Assembly: GCA_038087875.1 (NCBI GenBank)
Contig: CM075997.1
Coordinates: 6,264,001-6,328,000, forward strand
DNA: 64,000 nt
Origin: Malacoraja senta
Taxonomy: Eukaryota
Direction: 5' to 3'
A program made the translations under genes and the position numbers. The notes under the pieces are model-generated. The model was given only the letters and a program-made list of their open reading frames with translations. It had not been told where the DNA came from and ran no database searches. Shown here piece by piece: positions 13,121 through 25,505 of this stretch. The stretch's first letter is position 1. Every line of letters starts with the position of its first letter.

Positions 13121-13872
13121 TCGACAGTTGCTGTTTGTTGACCTCACTTGGCATGGATCGAAGCAGTCTCTTTGGAGCCGGCTCATCTGCTTCACCATCA
13201 GGAACTGCCTCTTGAGGTGGTTCACCATCAGGAACTGCCTCTTGAGGTGATTCACCTGCTTTAGGCTTTTCAGTGTCTGTGGATTGAACCAAATTGAAAG
13301 AGGAAAAAGAAAACAGAAAAGGAATGAAAAGTAAAATAAATCAACAGCCTCAAATATATCTTTTCATTGTTCAAAGTAACATCATATGACCATAAATACT
13401 AAGAAATGCTGTTTGAGTCCTATCATTACCTTTCTTCCTTCGAGACCTTGCGATAGCTCGATTTATTGTTGTAATGTTGCAGAAGTGACAATAGCACTCG
13501 GCATGATAACCCGGGATACACTGCTGCCTCCTAATAATAGAAAGTAAAATGTGTCAGGGAGTATTTTACCTCTTTTCATGTTTTATATTATGTAAGACAA
13601 AATCAACATATCAATGGGGAAAGATACATGTTCGCATGTCCAGGTAGATGGGATGGCAAGTCAGCAAATGATCAAATTAGTGTTCATTATGTGGCACAGT
13701 GCCTACAGTGCATGTCCACACAAAACACTTTTGTGTGTGAATGTGCATGGGGCTCTGAAGAGTGGAAGAGCAGAAACTACAGAAAAAAACATTTCATAGT
13801 ACTTACGTCTGCATGGACTTCAATTCATAAAATGTCATCCTCTTCTTACTGTTAATGAGACTTACACTGTAA

Positions 13873-14482
13873 AGGGCCTGCCGCACTTGGCCGTCATTTA
13901 CGCAACAGGCCGGTAGTGACTGTCGCGCGCGTCATCATGCGTCCGCACAGCCGTCTGGAGCGCGTGACGTCATTTGAAGATAGACACAAAATGCAGGAGT
14001 AACTCAGCGGGACTGGCAGCATCTCTGGAGAGAAGGAATGGATGATGTTTCGGGTCGAGACCCTTCTTCAGTCTGAAGAAGGGTCTCGACCCGAAACGTC
14101 ACCCATTGCTTATCTCCAGAGATGCTGCCGGTCCCGCTGAGTTATTCCTGCATTTTGTGTCTATCTCCAATCGTCTTGGCCCCGTTCTGGGAGTAGGAAT
14201 GGGGGCGGATCCGGATCCGCAACGGCCGTGAGCCCCAGGCCGAGCTCGGCGATCGCTTGACTGCTTCTGCTGCTGTTGGAGGTGAGACGTTGCGCCGCGC
14301 CAGGGTGTCCCACTTGGCCGTCATTCACGCGACAGGCCGGTGGCGCGCGAAGATTTCGTGCAGCACGAAATCCTGGCGTGCTGCATGATACCGTGCGCAA
14401 CTCCACACTCCTCCACGCCACTCCATGTGCCCGTCCAGCGCTACCAGGTCGCGTAAATGGCGCACAAATGATGGCCAAGTGG
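13873..14482. mobile_element. PIF/Harbinger-like composite MITE carrying a Penelope-derived hairpin
   Basis: Left end TAA|AGGGCCTGCCGCACTTGGCCGTCATTT; truncated right end AAATGATGGCCAAGTGG. Absent from Academ copy 1. Confidence 0.65.
13978..14166. mobile_element. Palindromic Penelope-derived element with head-to-head hammerhead-like cores
   Basis: About 94 bp arms centred on 14072. Core CTGAAGA-A-GGGTC-TC-GACCC-GAAAC-GTC at 14073-14100. Confidence 0.8.
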
Positions 14483-15499
14483 ATAACTACCGTAGATAAG
14501 TTAGTTCAAGTTCACATACACCAATTGATTTCAACATAAACATCCACCATTTCTGAGCATTTCTCACTGCGATGGAAGGCAATAAAGTGCAGTCAATCTT
14601 CCTCCTTTGTTCTCTTGTGGTCGGGGCCTTGAACCCTCCACAATCGCCGCTATGGACGGCACTATGTACAGGCCCCCCCCCCCTCGCGGAGATGATCCTA
14701 ACACACTCCACGGCTCCGAGTTCCCGAATCGGCCGCTTCTTACCGGAGACAGCGGCTTCACTCTGTTAAGTACATAGGTCCCACGGTCGGACCACTTTTT
14801 CTCTGTAACTGATCGCAGGCAGCTCCGAGATTAGATGTTAAAGAAGACTTCTTTGACTTCAACAAGCTGGCATTAGTGACAACTTTTAATTTAATTTGTT
14901 CAGGATAGACAAAGTTCAAGTCCTCAACTTCAGCCTCCAGATCTAATTTTTCACATTATAAGAGGTTGAAATAAAATTAATAGTAAGATTAAACGAGAAC
15001 TTACCAGTTTGAAGTTTGATCTTTATTTTATGAGGAGTTACGATGAGCGATTACGTGAAGAAGGCCGTCAGCCAGCATGCGCGTCAATCTTCAAAGCAGC
15101 GGTGTGAAATCACAGATAACAGTAGTTGACCTGAACATAGTAAGATTGGAGAGAACTAGAAACTACCAGATGACCTTTATAATATGAGGGTTGGGAGCGG
15201 TGGGCACGTCGTAACTCCTCATAAAATAAAGATCAAACTTCAAACTGGTAAGTTCTCGTTTAATCTTACTATTTTACTTCGGAGTCACGTGAGTGACTAC
15301 GTGAAGACTTCAAAGCTCTGTGATTTCATGCCGGATACGAGTCCAAGCGTCACACGCTGCATCGATTGACGATGGATGAGTGAAAAAGATTAATGCATTC
15401 AGACATGACAAATTTGTTAAAAATGCTGATGCTTTAATCATCAAAAGAAAATAATAGTGACCCCTCCCATCCTGGGGGGAAACTATAAAACAGAATCTA

Positions 15500-16459
15500 A
15501 AACAACTGGCAAAAACCCCCGGTTCGGCAATTGGTTTATTGTAAAACCTTTGGAACTTTTGTTCTTTGGACCATCCTGCAGCCGCTAGGATGTTGTCGAG
15601 AGGGACGTCCATTGCCCTCGCTGCCGACGTAGATGCAGCCCTGGTGGAGTGAGATTTGTAAATGTCAGTGTCCAATCCTGCATTTGCCAGGACCGCTTTT
15701 AACCATCTGGAAATGGTTTGTACTGATACCTTATTAAAAGTTTTTTGTAACTTATGAGTATGGATAATTCGGAGCCTCTGAGGCTCTTGGTGACCTTAAT
15801 GTATTGTAAAATGTATGTTACTACACACAACCGTGGGCCCAGAGGGTATGCCGAGAACACTAGCTTGAGCCCTGACACCCCTGGTCTGCTCTGTTTGATC
15901 AAATCATAAACAAAAAAGGTAATTTTGTTAACAGATGTGGCCACGTTGTCCAGTCGTAATTTGTGTAACGTCTGGACCTGTTGCGCTGAGACCAGCGCCA
16001 TGAGCATGACCACCTTGAGGGTGAGTTTTGATAAAGGCAGGGACGAAGCTGGTGCCCACTGGCGAAGCAGTGTGAGCACCACGCTCACATCCCATATCTC
16101 CGTGTACCGGGGCCTGGGTGGTATAGAATTAAAAATGCCCTTCATAAACCTTGTTATTAAAGGGTGTGTTCCTACAGAGTGATGACCTGATCCCAGCACT
16201 AAGTATGAGGATAATGCGCTCCTGGCACTGTTGATAGCACTATTGCTCATTTGTGATCATAGTATAGGGTTGATAGAAATTCCAACACATCCGTGATTCG
16301 TGCTGAGTCATACGTAATGTCTGTGAGAGAACAGAACATCTCCCACTTCTTGATGTGAGAGATGTACTGTTTTTTAGTACTGTCCCTCCAGGCCGCAGTT
16401 ATCACATCCACTGTACATTCTGATAATCCAAGCCCCAGGTATGGTCTCAGATTCTGCAA
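15500..16459 (-). pseudogene. DIRS tyrosine recombinase (frameshifted)
   Basis: GLSE...AAWRDSTKKQY, INSARSALSS, PRYTEIWDVS, SHSTRAASTS, AAGWS...FQRFY. The motif expected to carry the catalytic Arg reads AQQVQTL. Confidence 0.9.
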
Positions 16460-16548
16460 ACCAATAAATTCATTCGGTCATGTAGAGGATGGTTACTCCC
16501 CGTTAGATGAGCCAGCAGATTTTTGCTTTTGGGGACAGCCATAAGAGG

Positions 16549-16793
16549 CTATGTTATCATAGCCAGGACTAGTGGGAACCAATGCTGTGTAGGCCAGTCA
16601 GGCACTACTAAAATGCCTGTGGCGTTGTCTTGCTTGATTTTTGCCAAACACCGACTGATGACGCAAAATGGGGGAATCGCATACAAAAACATTCCCCCCA
16701 GTGTAGCAAGAATGCATCTACTGCCACTGCCTCTGGGTCTGGTTCCCATGATACATATTTGGGTAACTGGTGATTTAGTCTGGATGCGAACAA
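16549..16793 (-). pseudogene. DIRS methyltransferase-like (MT) domain remnant
   Basis: MFASRLNHQLPKYVSWEPDPEAVAVDAF, then after a frameshift YAIPPF...GILVVPDWPTQHWFP. Lies directly after RNase H, as in MT-bearing DIRS elements. Confidence 0.8.
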
Positions 16794-18339
16794 ATCAGTA
16801 TGTCATACCGGGTGACAATGTCTTTAAACACTTCATGATTCAACATCCATTCTATGTTGTCATTGAATTTCCGCGATCTAGTGTCCGCCACCATGTTATA
16901 TTTACCTGGTAGGTAGATGGCTGAAACCCAAATGTTTCTCGTAATACACCAGTGCCAGATAAGATTAGCCAACTTATCACAAGATACAGACTTGATTCCA
17001 CCCATGTGATTAACATATGCCACCGCAGTAGTGTTGTCAATCTGAAGTTGAACATGCATATGTTGCATATAGCTGCAATAAGCCTTCAGCCCATAGAGTG
17101 CTGCCAACAACTCTAAGTAGTTAATACCGTGTTGCTGAAGAATTAATGACTCCTGTACATTCCATCTACCACCGCAGCTAGAGATGGTGTTTGTAGCTCC
17201 CCATCCCAGGGCGCTTGCATCGGTTTGTAAGATAACCGATGGCGTATCGACTAAAATTTTCCTGGAGCAATGACGAATATTCGTTACCCACCATTGTAAT
17301 TCAGCAATGGCCTCTGCTGGCAATTGCATAGGTCTCCCGAAGTGACCTGTATGGAATATGAGTGCCTGCTCCTTGGCACGTTGTAAATTGTGATAGTGCA
17401 AAGGCCCGAACTGTACAGCTGGAAAGGCAGCCATTAGTTTGCCAATTACACTAGCTACTTGTCTAATAGTATGCTGCTGCTTAACAATGAGATTGTTACA
17501 GGCTTCTATTAATTCTGATCGCTTGCCCCAAGGCAGAGTCACAGACATGTGAATTGAGTTAATGGTAAACCCCAGGTAATCAATTACACTGGTAGGTATC
17601 AATTTGGACTTAACTGGATGAGAAATCCCAATTTCTCAAGCATGAGTTTGGTGGCTGAAACAGATGATTCAGCTAATTTCATAGTTTCCCCTATGATTAG
17701 AATGTCATCCAAATATGCCATGACAATATGATTCTGAGCTCGGAGTAGCCCAGGACTGGTTTCAATAGTTTTGTAAATAGCCTGGGAGCTGAAGTTAGCC
17801 CATTAGGCAGTGCTTTAAACTGCCACAATTATCCCATCCAGTTAAACTTTAAATATCTCCTGTGCTCCCTGTGAATGGGTACCGAGTAGTATGCATCTTT
17901 AAGGTCAATGCATGCCATATAACCTCCTTTAGAAAGCAGTTGTATGGCAGTAACAAAGTTATCCATTTTGAAGTGTTTATACTGCACAAAGCTGTTAAGT
18001 TCAGTCAAGTCTAGGATGATATGGCATCCTCCATCCTTCTTTCGCTTAGTAAATATGTTAGATACAAATTGGTGAGATTCATGAGATGACCTCTCAATTA
18101 CCTCTTTTTTGTATAAATTGTCAATTTCTGCTTGTACATCCAAACTGTCCTGTTGTGAAAAAACATGTGCGGTTTGGTGAATGTTGTGTGGGTGGTTGCA
18201 AATTGAGAAGGAATTCAATTTGGAAACCTTGTATACTGTGCAGTATAAACAGATCTGGTGTGATCCAACGCCATTCATGCACGAAATGTTGCAATCTTCC
18301 CCCAACTTGTGACTGAGTCATGTGTAACGTGTTCCGCAA
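16775..18339 (-). pseudogene. DIRS reverse transcriptase and RNase H (frameshifted)
   Basis: QVGGRL, IDLKDAYYSVPI, ALPNGLTSAPRLFTK, MAYLDDIL (YLDD at 17704-17715), LQTDASALGWG, INYLELLA, IDNTTAVAYVN, NMVADTRSR. Confidence 0.93.
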
Positions 18340-18353
18340 GGAACTAGATTCAC

Positions 18354-19556
18354 CTACCTCAGATGTAACTGGTGGTCTGGTGCTGGTTTTCGCCCCCGAG
18401 ATTTGGGGGGTAGGAATGATGGCGGGTGCCCTCCGCGCATCTTGGAAGTTGGCCGGCTTGGGCCTTGCTCTAAAAAATACCTCTGTGCCACTTGTTCGGG
18501 TCTCCCACCAGTTCCGGTGTACCGCCTGGTGTTGTAGGGAGCGTAAGGGTGCTGCCGCCGGTATGATGAGACCTTGGGTGTAGTCAGGACTTTCATTAGG
18601 CGTACCGTCTTTGCCTCATCGTCCAGCTCCTGCACCTGCTTAGGCAGATCTTTCCCGAGGTAATTGGCCGGTTGGACATTGCTGGCCTTGCACAGCGCAG
18701 CGAATTTGGGGTTTAGTGCCGGCCTGATGCCATTTTTCCGCAGGTAATAATTTCAAAATGTGCATTGCACATCAATGCCATGGCGTCCTGCTGTATGTCA
18801 GATAGGGGCTCCCCATCCACTGACCTGGCAAAGGCCGTAATGCCTGAGGCGAGCAATTTAAAAACATTTGGGAGCTTCATCTCCTGGGCTCTGATGCCCG
18901 CTCCAATGTTACCCCAGATCGAGTGATTTACGGCCAGCACATTCAGTGAGGCACAGTTGGCAGGAGTATGGTACTTGTTGGTAGTCTCCTCCATGGCCAG
19001 ATCTTGGAGCTGGTGAGAAGCCAGATAATTGATGCTGCTGGCTAGGTCCTCGTCCAGGGATTCCCCTGATTGCGACGGGATTGCAAATTTTGAAGCCATT
19101 ACTGGTACTTCCCGGGTATGCTCACCAGCTTTGCCACCAAACTCCGAGTCAGCTAGATACTGACCCCGTCTGCTCCCCTCCTCAGAGAGGGAGACACTGT
19201 GCAGCCCTGTAACAGGTGCCGCTGGCGCGGGCCCCCATGGAGACCCGCGCTGATATAACTCCCTCCTTTGGAGCATATCATTCTGGAGCCACCTCTCCAT
19301 CAGGTGCTCCATGTGGGCTAGTCGTCCGCAGACGCTACCCAGTGAAGGAGGGGCACCCTCCTGACCCGACTCATCCGAGTCCACGGGCCTAACAGACTTG
19401 TGAGTGGCTTTCCCCCCAAGCGGGACCACGGTGCTATCTCCCGGCACCAAGTCTGATGTCGCTGGCTCCACCATCAGCGACCTGGAAGGCAATATGGACA
19501 GCCGCCCGCTACCCGGTAGGTGGTTTCACCGCGGACCGTCTCTTCACCTTCGACAT
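18354..19556 (-). pseudogene. DIRS gag-like ORF (frameshifted)
   Basis: ATG at 19556 (MSKVKRRS), a 1-nt shift near 19513, then ORFs 18713..19492 and 18354..18635. Confidence 0.7.
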
Positions 19557-21849
19557 TCTCCAAAGGTTCAAACTTGTCTGTGGGCAAGAATTATAGAACC
19601 ACGCCAAACGACCTCAGAGAAAGTTTAAACACTTACCTGAGGATTTTAAACTTAACGGGCTGGAAGGAGCGACGCGCCTGCCAGTCAGTCGTTGCGCAAT
19701 GCGTTAAATGTAATGACGCGCATGCGGGCTGACGGCCTTCTTCACGTAGTCACTCGCGTGACTCCGAAGTAGAATTAAAGTACATACAGATTAATTTTCA
19801 TAAATTCAGACTTTAGATCTTACCTTTCAGTTCGAGTTGATTCACAATGTTTCACTGGTCCCACGACGTGATCTGGGCTCCCTGCCTAGCTAGCCTGAAA
19901 CAAAGTGTCTGATTGGTCAATTGGCGTCCGACTCAATGTCAAACGTGCTTTGATTGGAAAATTACTATTCGGAAAATTGGAGGTTTTTCTCATATTTTAA
20001 AAATATGTGCAGGTTTTGTTCTTGATGAGTTTCAGGTATGATTTATATAATATTTTTACACAATATGTTAAAAATACAGTTAGATACGTGATTTGGGTCA
20101 CGAAATGAAACAAAAAAGCAGCTCTGCCCACAGCTTGATTTTCAATAAATGTGCAGCCTTTTTAGTTAACCTGAAAGATATATTCTGGATTTCCAACATC
20201 TGCAGAGTTTTCATTTTCATAGACTGCGGAAGCTTGCGCATCTATAATTTTCCTGTTGCTTGGTCGGAAGCAAGTCTGCCTCTTTATTTGTGCATTTCTG
20301 GAGGCTAAGTCCTGGCAACAGTCTCAGACAATTATCCTATTGTGGGATCAAACACTTTTCCATTACTCTCTGTCTGATTGATCTACCAATTTTCCAAAAT
20401 CATATCCCCTTTTGGTGTTAAATGAGGCATGTGATTTTTGCTTCAGTTGGCTCGTATACTGTAAAGTTTCCATTTTACTGATAGCCATATCAAGTGATTG
20501 CAAAGCAATGTAAGTAAGTTTCTACTCATGTAAGCAAGTTCCTTGATTCAGTAACATCAAACTCCTTTAGTCGTCACCAGTGCCTTATGCTTGGTTCGTG
20601 TGAGCCATTTGCTTAACTCTTTAGTGCCCTCAAAATTGTCATGGCTCTGGCTTGCACTACTTGAATGAAGCAAGATGAAAGTTGAACTAGCAGCATCAAA
20701 TTCTTATATTGCGATATCAGCCTTACTGAGTCATGGTCATCATCTTTTGTTGGTATTCCATTGCCTATGTTACTCTTTACAACGAAGCACAAATCTGGTT
20801 TGATATTTGATTATGATTAATATCAATATGTTCAATGTTGTATAATTATCATTGGTCACAAAGTACCTTCCCTGACAGGCTTGTGCCTCTGCACCTCTTT
20901 GGCCTTCCAATTTATGAGTGTTAGGAGCTACAATTCTCAGTGGCCAAATTTCTCTCGTAGACCATTGCCCATTGGAGTTCCATAAATTCTGCAATGGTAA
21001 AAACAGTATCAATCTTTCTGAAGAGAGTTTCCAAAGAGGAAGGCTAGTCCACTGGATCTTCCTCAAACTTCTGGAGTTGAACATGTATATGTCAAAATTG
21101 AGTACTTTTGTATTATGCATCAAAGTAATTGTAATTGCAGTTCTAAATATCTTCTTTTCATAGTTCTGATATTTTTTATAATGTGTCAGTTCATTCTCTT
21201 TCATTTACTTTCATTAAATAAATTATTGGGATCAAAAATAATAATGTATTTTACTGCTCAGGTGGGTGTGTTTAATATTTGCTGAGTACTAGATTATACA
21301 GATAAGGTAATAGACACCCATCTTTGTTGTATCTCATGTCTTAAAGATAAATGCCAATTTTGGAGGTGGAATGTAATCATTTTTACGCGTCCATTTCTTC
21401 CGTCAGACACTTCTCTCATAAACAACTGCGCCCCTTATTTGTCAGCTAATTGTAAGGCTGTTCAAGTGCAATTACCTATTCCTTCATGGTATAGCAAAAA
21501 TCTGATGCACCTCTTTATCTTGATCACTCTCTTGGCACTCTTAGGCAAGAATTGCTTGCAGGATTCCCTTTGATTCTGCTTTCATTCTGGTTTTGTGGTG
21601 TTCTGAGAAATGTAGAATCTGTAGTCTCCAGTACAGATGGAGCTGGAAGTGTCTGTCAAGGCAGATGGGTTCGCAGTTAGTGAGGTGGTGCACTATTATT
21701 GCTTCAGGTTTGTCATCCCAGATTGTGCTTCACTTTGAACAATGTGTGCCAGAGATTCTCATCAAGTAGGAATCATGCATTTTTCAGGGAGGTCTTTCAC
21801 ATCCGTAGAGGGTAGTGGTGAAAGAGTGAAAGTCTGTGACCTGTGCTAA

Positions 21850-22737
21850 GATTTCTATTGTTCATGATATAAATTAACTGCTTAGAAATCATTGTAGATG
21901 GGTTACTTAGTAAGTTTGTAGACAACGGCAAAATTGGTGACAGTGAGGAAGGCTCAAAGGTTTTGATCAGTTGCAGATAAGGGCGGGGAAATGGCAGATA
22001 TAACTTAATCCGAGCATTTGTGAGGGGCTGCTCTGGGGAAGATTGAGTGTAAAGGGAATGTGTACAGGTAATGGCAAGACCCTTAACAGCATTGATGTAC
22101 AGAGGGATCTTGGGGTCCAAGTCCATAGCTCTCTGAAAGTGGCAACACAAGTAGAGAAAGAGTGGTAAGTAAGGTCTATGGTATGCATGTTTTTATCAAT
22201 TGGGCCATTGAGTATGTTGCAGCGTTATAGAATGTTGGCCATGCAATAATTGAAGTATTATTTGCAGTTTTGGTTGCCCCACTGCAGGCAGGATGTGGAG
22301 ACTTTGCAGAAGAGATTCACCAGAATGCTGCCTGGATTAGAGGGTATTAACTATAAGGGGAAGACGACAAACTTGGATTAGGAGGCCTGATACAAGTATA
22401 TAATATAATGAGAGGTATAGATCGGGTTGACGGTCAGAAAGCTTTTCCCAGGGTGGAAATGTCAAAAAGTAGAGGGCATATCTTTAAGGTTAGAGGAGGA
22501 ATGTTTAAAAGAGATGTGCGGGGCAGGTTTTTTACACAGAAATTAGAGTGTCTGGAACCCACTGCCAGGGATGGTGATGAAAGCATATATATTGGTGACG
22601 TTTAAGAGGCTTTTGCAGAGGCGCATGAATATGGTGGGGCATGGGTCATGTACAGGCAGGATTCATTTGGCATCATGTTTTGTACAGACATTATGGGCCG
22701 AAGGGGCAATTCCTGTGCTGTACTGTTCTATGTTCTA
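21850..22737 (+). mobile_element. CR1 LINE fragment (degenerate)
   Basis: DLGV-like motif, MRGIDRVD...SRGHIFKVRG, tail TGTTCTATGTTCTA. Confidence 0.82.
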
Positions 22738-23106
22738 TCCTTGGACCGTTTCCTTTGTCTACCTGGTAATTTGTTTAAATGTTGGATATCACAATAGGAT
22801 GTTTTAGGAATGCAAAATAGATTCTGAGGTATGCAACTAGTGTGACCTACCCAACTGAGCCAAATGAAGGCTTCAGTGCTGGAGACGTAGGGTTAGGAGA
22901 GGATCCTGATGTTGGTTCATTTATCTTTCCAGTGGATTTGGAGGATTTTGCAATGAGCATATCCCTCCAGTATCTTTATCATTGAAATATGTTGTTGCAT
23001 TCAAGTCCAATTTGAGACTCCTAATAATTTGTTGTTATAAAGTCATAATGCATGGAAATAGACCCTTCAGCAGAACTTGTCCATGCCGACTAAGATGCCC
23101 CATCTA

Positions 23107-23570
23107 AGGTCAAGGTCAGTTTATTGTCACATGTACTAATTAAGGTACAGTGTAATTCGAATTACCATACAGCCATGCTAAAAAAAAAGCAACAAGACGC
23201 GCAACTACATAAAAAAGTAACATAAACATCCACCACAGCGGATTCCCCACGTTCCTCACTGTGATGGAAGGCAATAAAGTCTAAACTTCTTCTTCTTTAT
23301 TCTCACGCGGTTGGGGCAGTCGTACCATCCGCAGTCTGGGTGATCTAAGCTCCCGCAGCCGGCAGTCGAAACCTTCACGTCGGGGCGATTGAAACTCCTG
23401 TGTCGGGGCGATCGAAACTCCCACATCGGGGCGATCGAAAATCCTGCGGCTTGGAGTCCCCGATGTCGGTCTCTAATCAGATACCACGGGCACTGTGATG
23501 TTAAAGTCTCGCAGGCTCCCACGGTTGTAATCCCAAAGACCACCCCCCAACAGGGATCGCTAGCTCCGCC
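23107..23570 (-). mobile_element. 5'-truncated GC-rich retroposon
   Basis: Reverse-complement core TTCCTCACTGTGATGGAAGGCAA near 23253; TTTATTGTCAC with an (AAGGTC)2 tail. Confidence 0.7.
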
Positions 23571-24094
23571 AATTACCCACAAGCTAGTCCCATTTCCCCA
23601 CATTTGGCCCATATCACTCTGAGCCTTTCCTATCCATGTACGTCAACACAACTTTGTTCCTCTGATTTTCCACAGTGCATGGAATAAAATTGTGTGTAAA
23701 AAGTTAACTTTTACTTCATACAATCTCTGTTCTTTAGGAGGACATTAACCCATATTGTTTCCCAAAATATATTTATGTTGGTGTGTTACTGGAATTCTTT
23801 TTAAAAAAAGGGCAGAACATCCGGAGTCTGAAATGTTGCTCGGATGTCATTGTGGTTTTTATGTGCCTTTTTATTATTGTGACATTTTTGTTTGGTGAAC
23901 AAAATTATCCACTACCTCCAATTAGTTTAACAGGTGTACTACACAGGAAAATTATGATTAACAATGTTTGTCATCACAATCAGATTTCATAGTGCAAAAC
24001 ATAACACTTTCCCTCATATGAATATTCTTACTGTTTTACTGTGTATTAAAATGCCGGCAATGAAGTTGTTTCTTAACAGTTTTACATTTATTAA

Positions 24095-24244
<150 letters not shown>

Positions 24245-24449
24245 TAAAACAAGCTAAAGTCCATTTAGTCTGACAAGTTCTTGCTCGTACTGGTTATTGT
24301 AAATATTACCACATCACCAGAGTTTCTATATGGCAGAACTAATTGTGCCACCAGTGGCTGCCAGGACTGAAGACATATATTAAAATTATTCGTATCATAT
24401 GTGAATATGGAATAATTTAGGTATTCATTCCAGTTGATGCCTCAATTAG

Positions 24450-25505
24450 TGTCACAGAGTCTTGCAGCACGGAAATAGGTCCTTTGGTCTAACTCATCCA
24501 TACGGACCAACATGCCCCATCACTTATGGTCCACAGCTCTCTAAACTTTTCCTATCCACGTACCTGTCCAAATGTCTTTTAGTTATTATTGTACTTCACT
24601 CCTCCCTCTGGCAACTCATTCCATATACCCACCAACCTCTGTGAAAATGTTGCCCCTCCGTTTCCAATCAATTCTTCTCCCTCTCACCTTATACCTGTGC
24701 TTTCTAATTCTTCCATCCCTTGCCATAGAACAAAATTCTGTGCATTTGCCTTATCTATTCCCCTCATGATTTTATACACCTCTACAAAAGCACCCCTTAG
24801 CCTCAGGTGTTCCAAGACATAATACCCTAGCTTCCCAACCACTCCCTATAGCTCAGGCCTTCGAGTCCTGGCAACAACCTCGGAAATCTTTTCTGCACCC
24901 TTTCCTACAGCAAGTGACCAAAACTGAGCACGACATTCCAATCAGCTTCAACTACGTCTTGCACAACATAATGTCCCAAATTCTATACTCAGTTTCAGAC
25001 TGATGATGGCCAATGTGCCAAAAGCTGCCTTCACCACTTTATCTTGCTGCGTTGACACTTTTGGGAAACCATGCAGTTGTACTCCGAGTACTCTGCTTTA
25101 CATCAGGGAACTATGTAAATGTACTCCTAGATCACTCTGCTCTACAACATTCCCCAGGATCCTGCTGTTCACTGTGAAGGTCCTACCCTAGTTCAATGTC
25201 CTAGAATGCAACGCTTAACACTTACCTGAATTAAACTTAATTAGCCATTCCTCAGCACACTTGCCAGCTAATCAAGATCCTGCTGTAATTCTTAATAACC
25301 TCTTCACTATCTCTGAAACCACCTGTTTTGGTGTCATCTGCAAACTTATTACTCTGCCTTGTACATTCTCATCCAAAGTGTCAATACAGATGGCAAATAG
25401 CAATGGCCTCGCTGCGATCCCGGTGGCACATCACTATTCACAGGTCAAAAACAACATTTCACCCCCATCCTCTGTTTCCTATCATGAAGCCAATTGTGTA
25501 TCAAG
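24450..25505 (-). mobile_element. CR1 LINE fragment (degenerate)
   Basis: Reverse-complement FADDTK (TTGGTGTCATCTGCAAAC) and CR1 3' end. Confidence 0.8.

Larger units (their letters stand above)
14979..19775 (-). mobile_element. DIRS-type tyrosine-recombinase retrotransposon, near full length and degenerate
   Basis: Gag-like, RT, RNase H, MT-like and YR remnants in DIRS order. ITRs at 15052-15086 and 19714-19748; internal complementary region at 15209-15307. Confidence 0.95.

Noticed and set aside
15310..16793. Phage integrase plus DAM methylase as bacterial contamination or prophage
   Set aside because: Embedded with gag, RT and RNase H between DIRS ITRs in a vertebrate intron.
20770..21204. 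144 aa minus-strand ORF in unique intron sequence
   Set aside because: No recognisable homology or coding-like composition; noted only as weak support for an antisense transcript.
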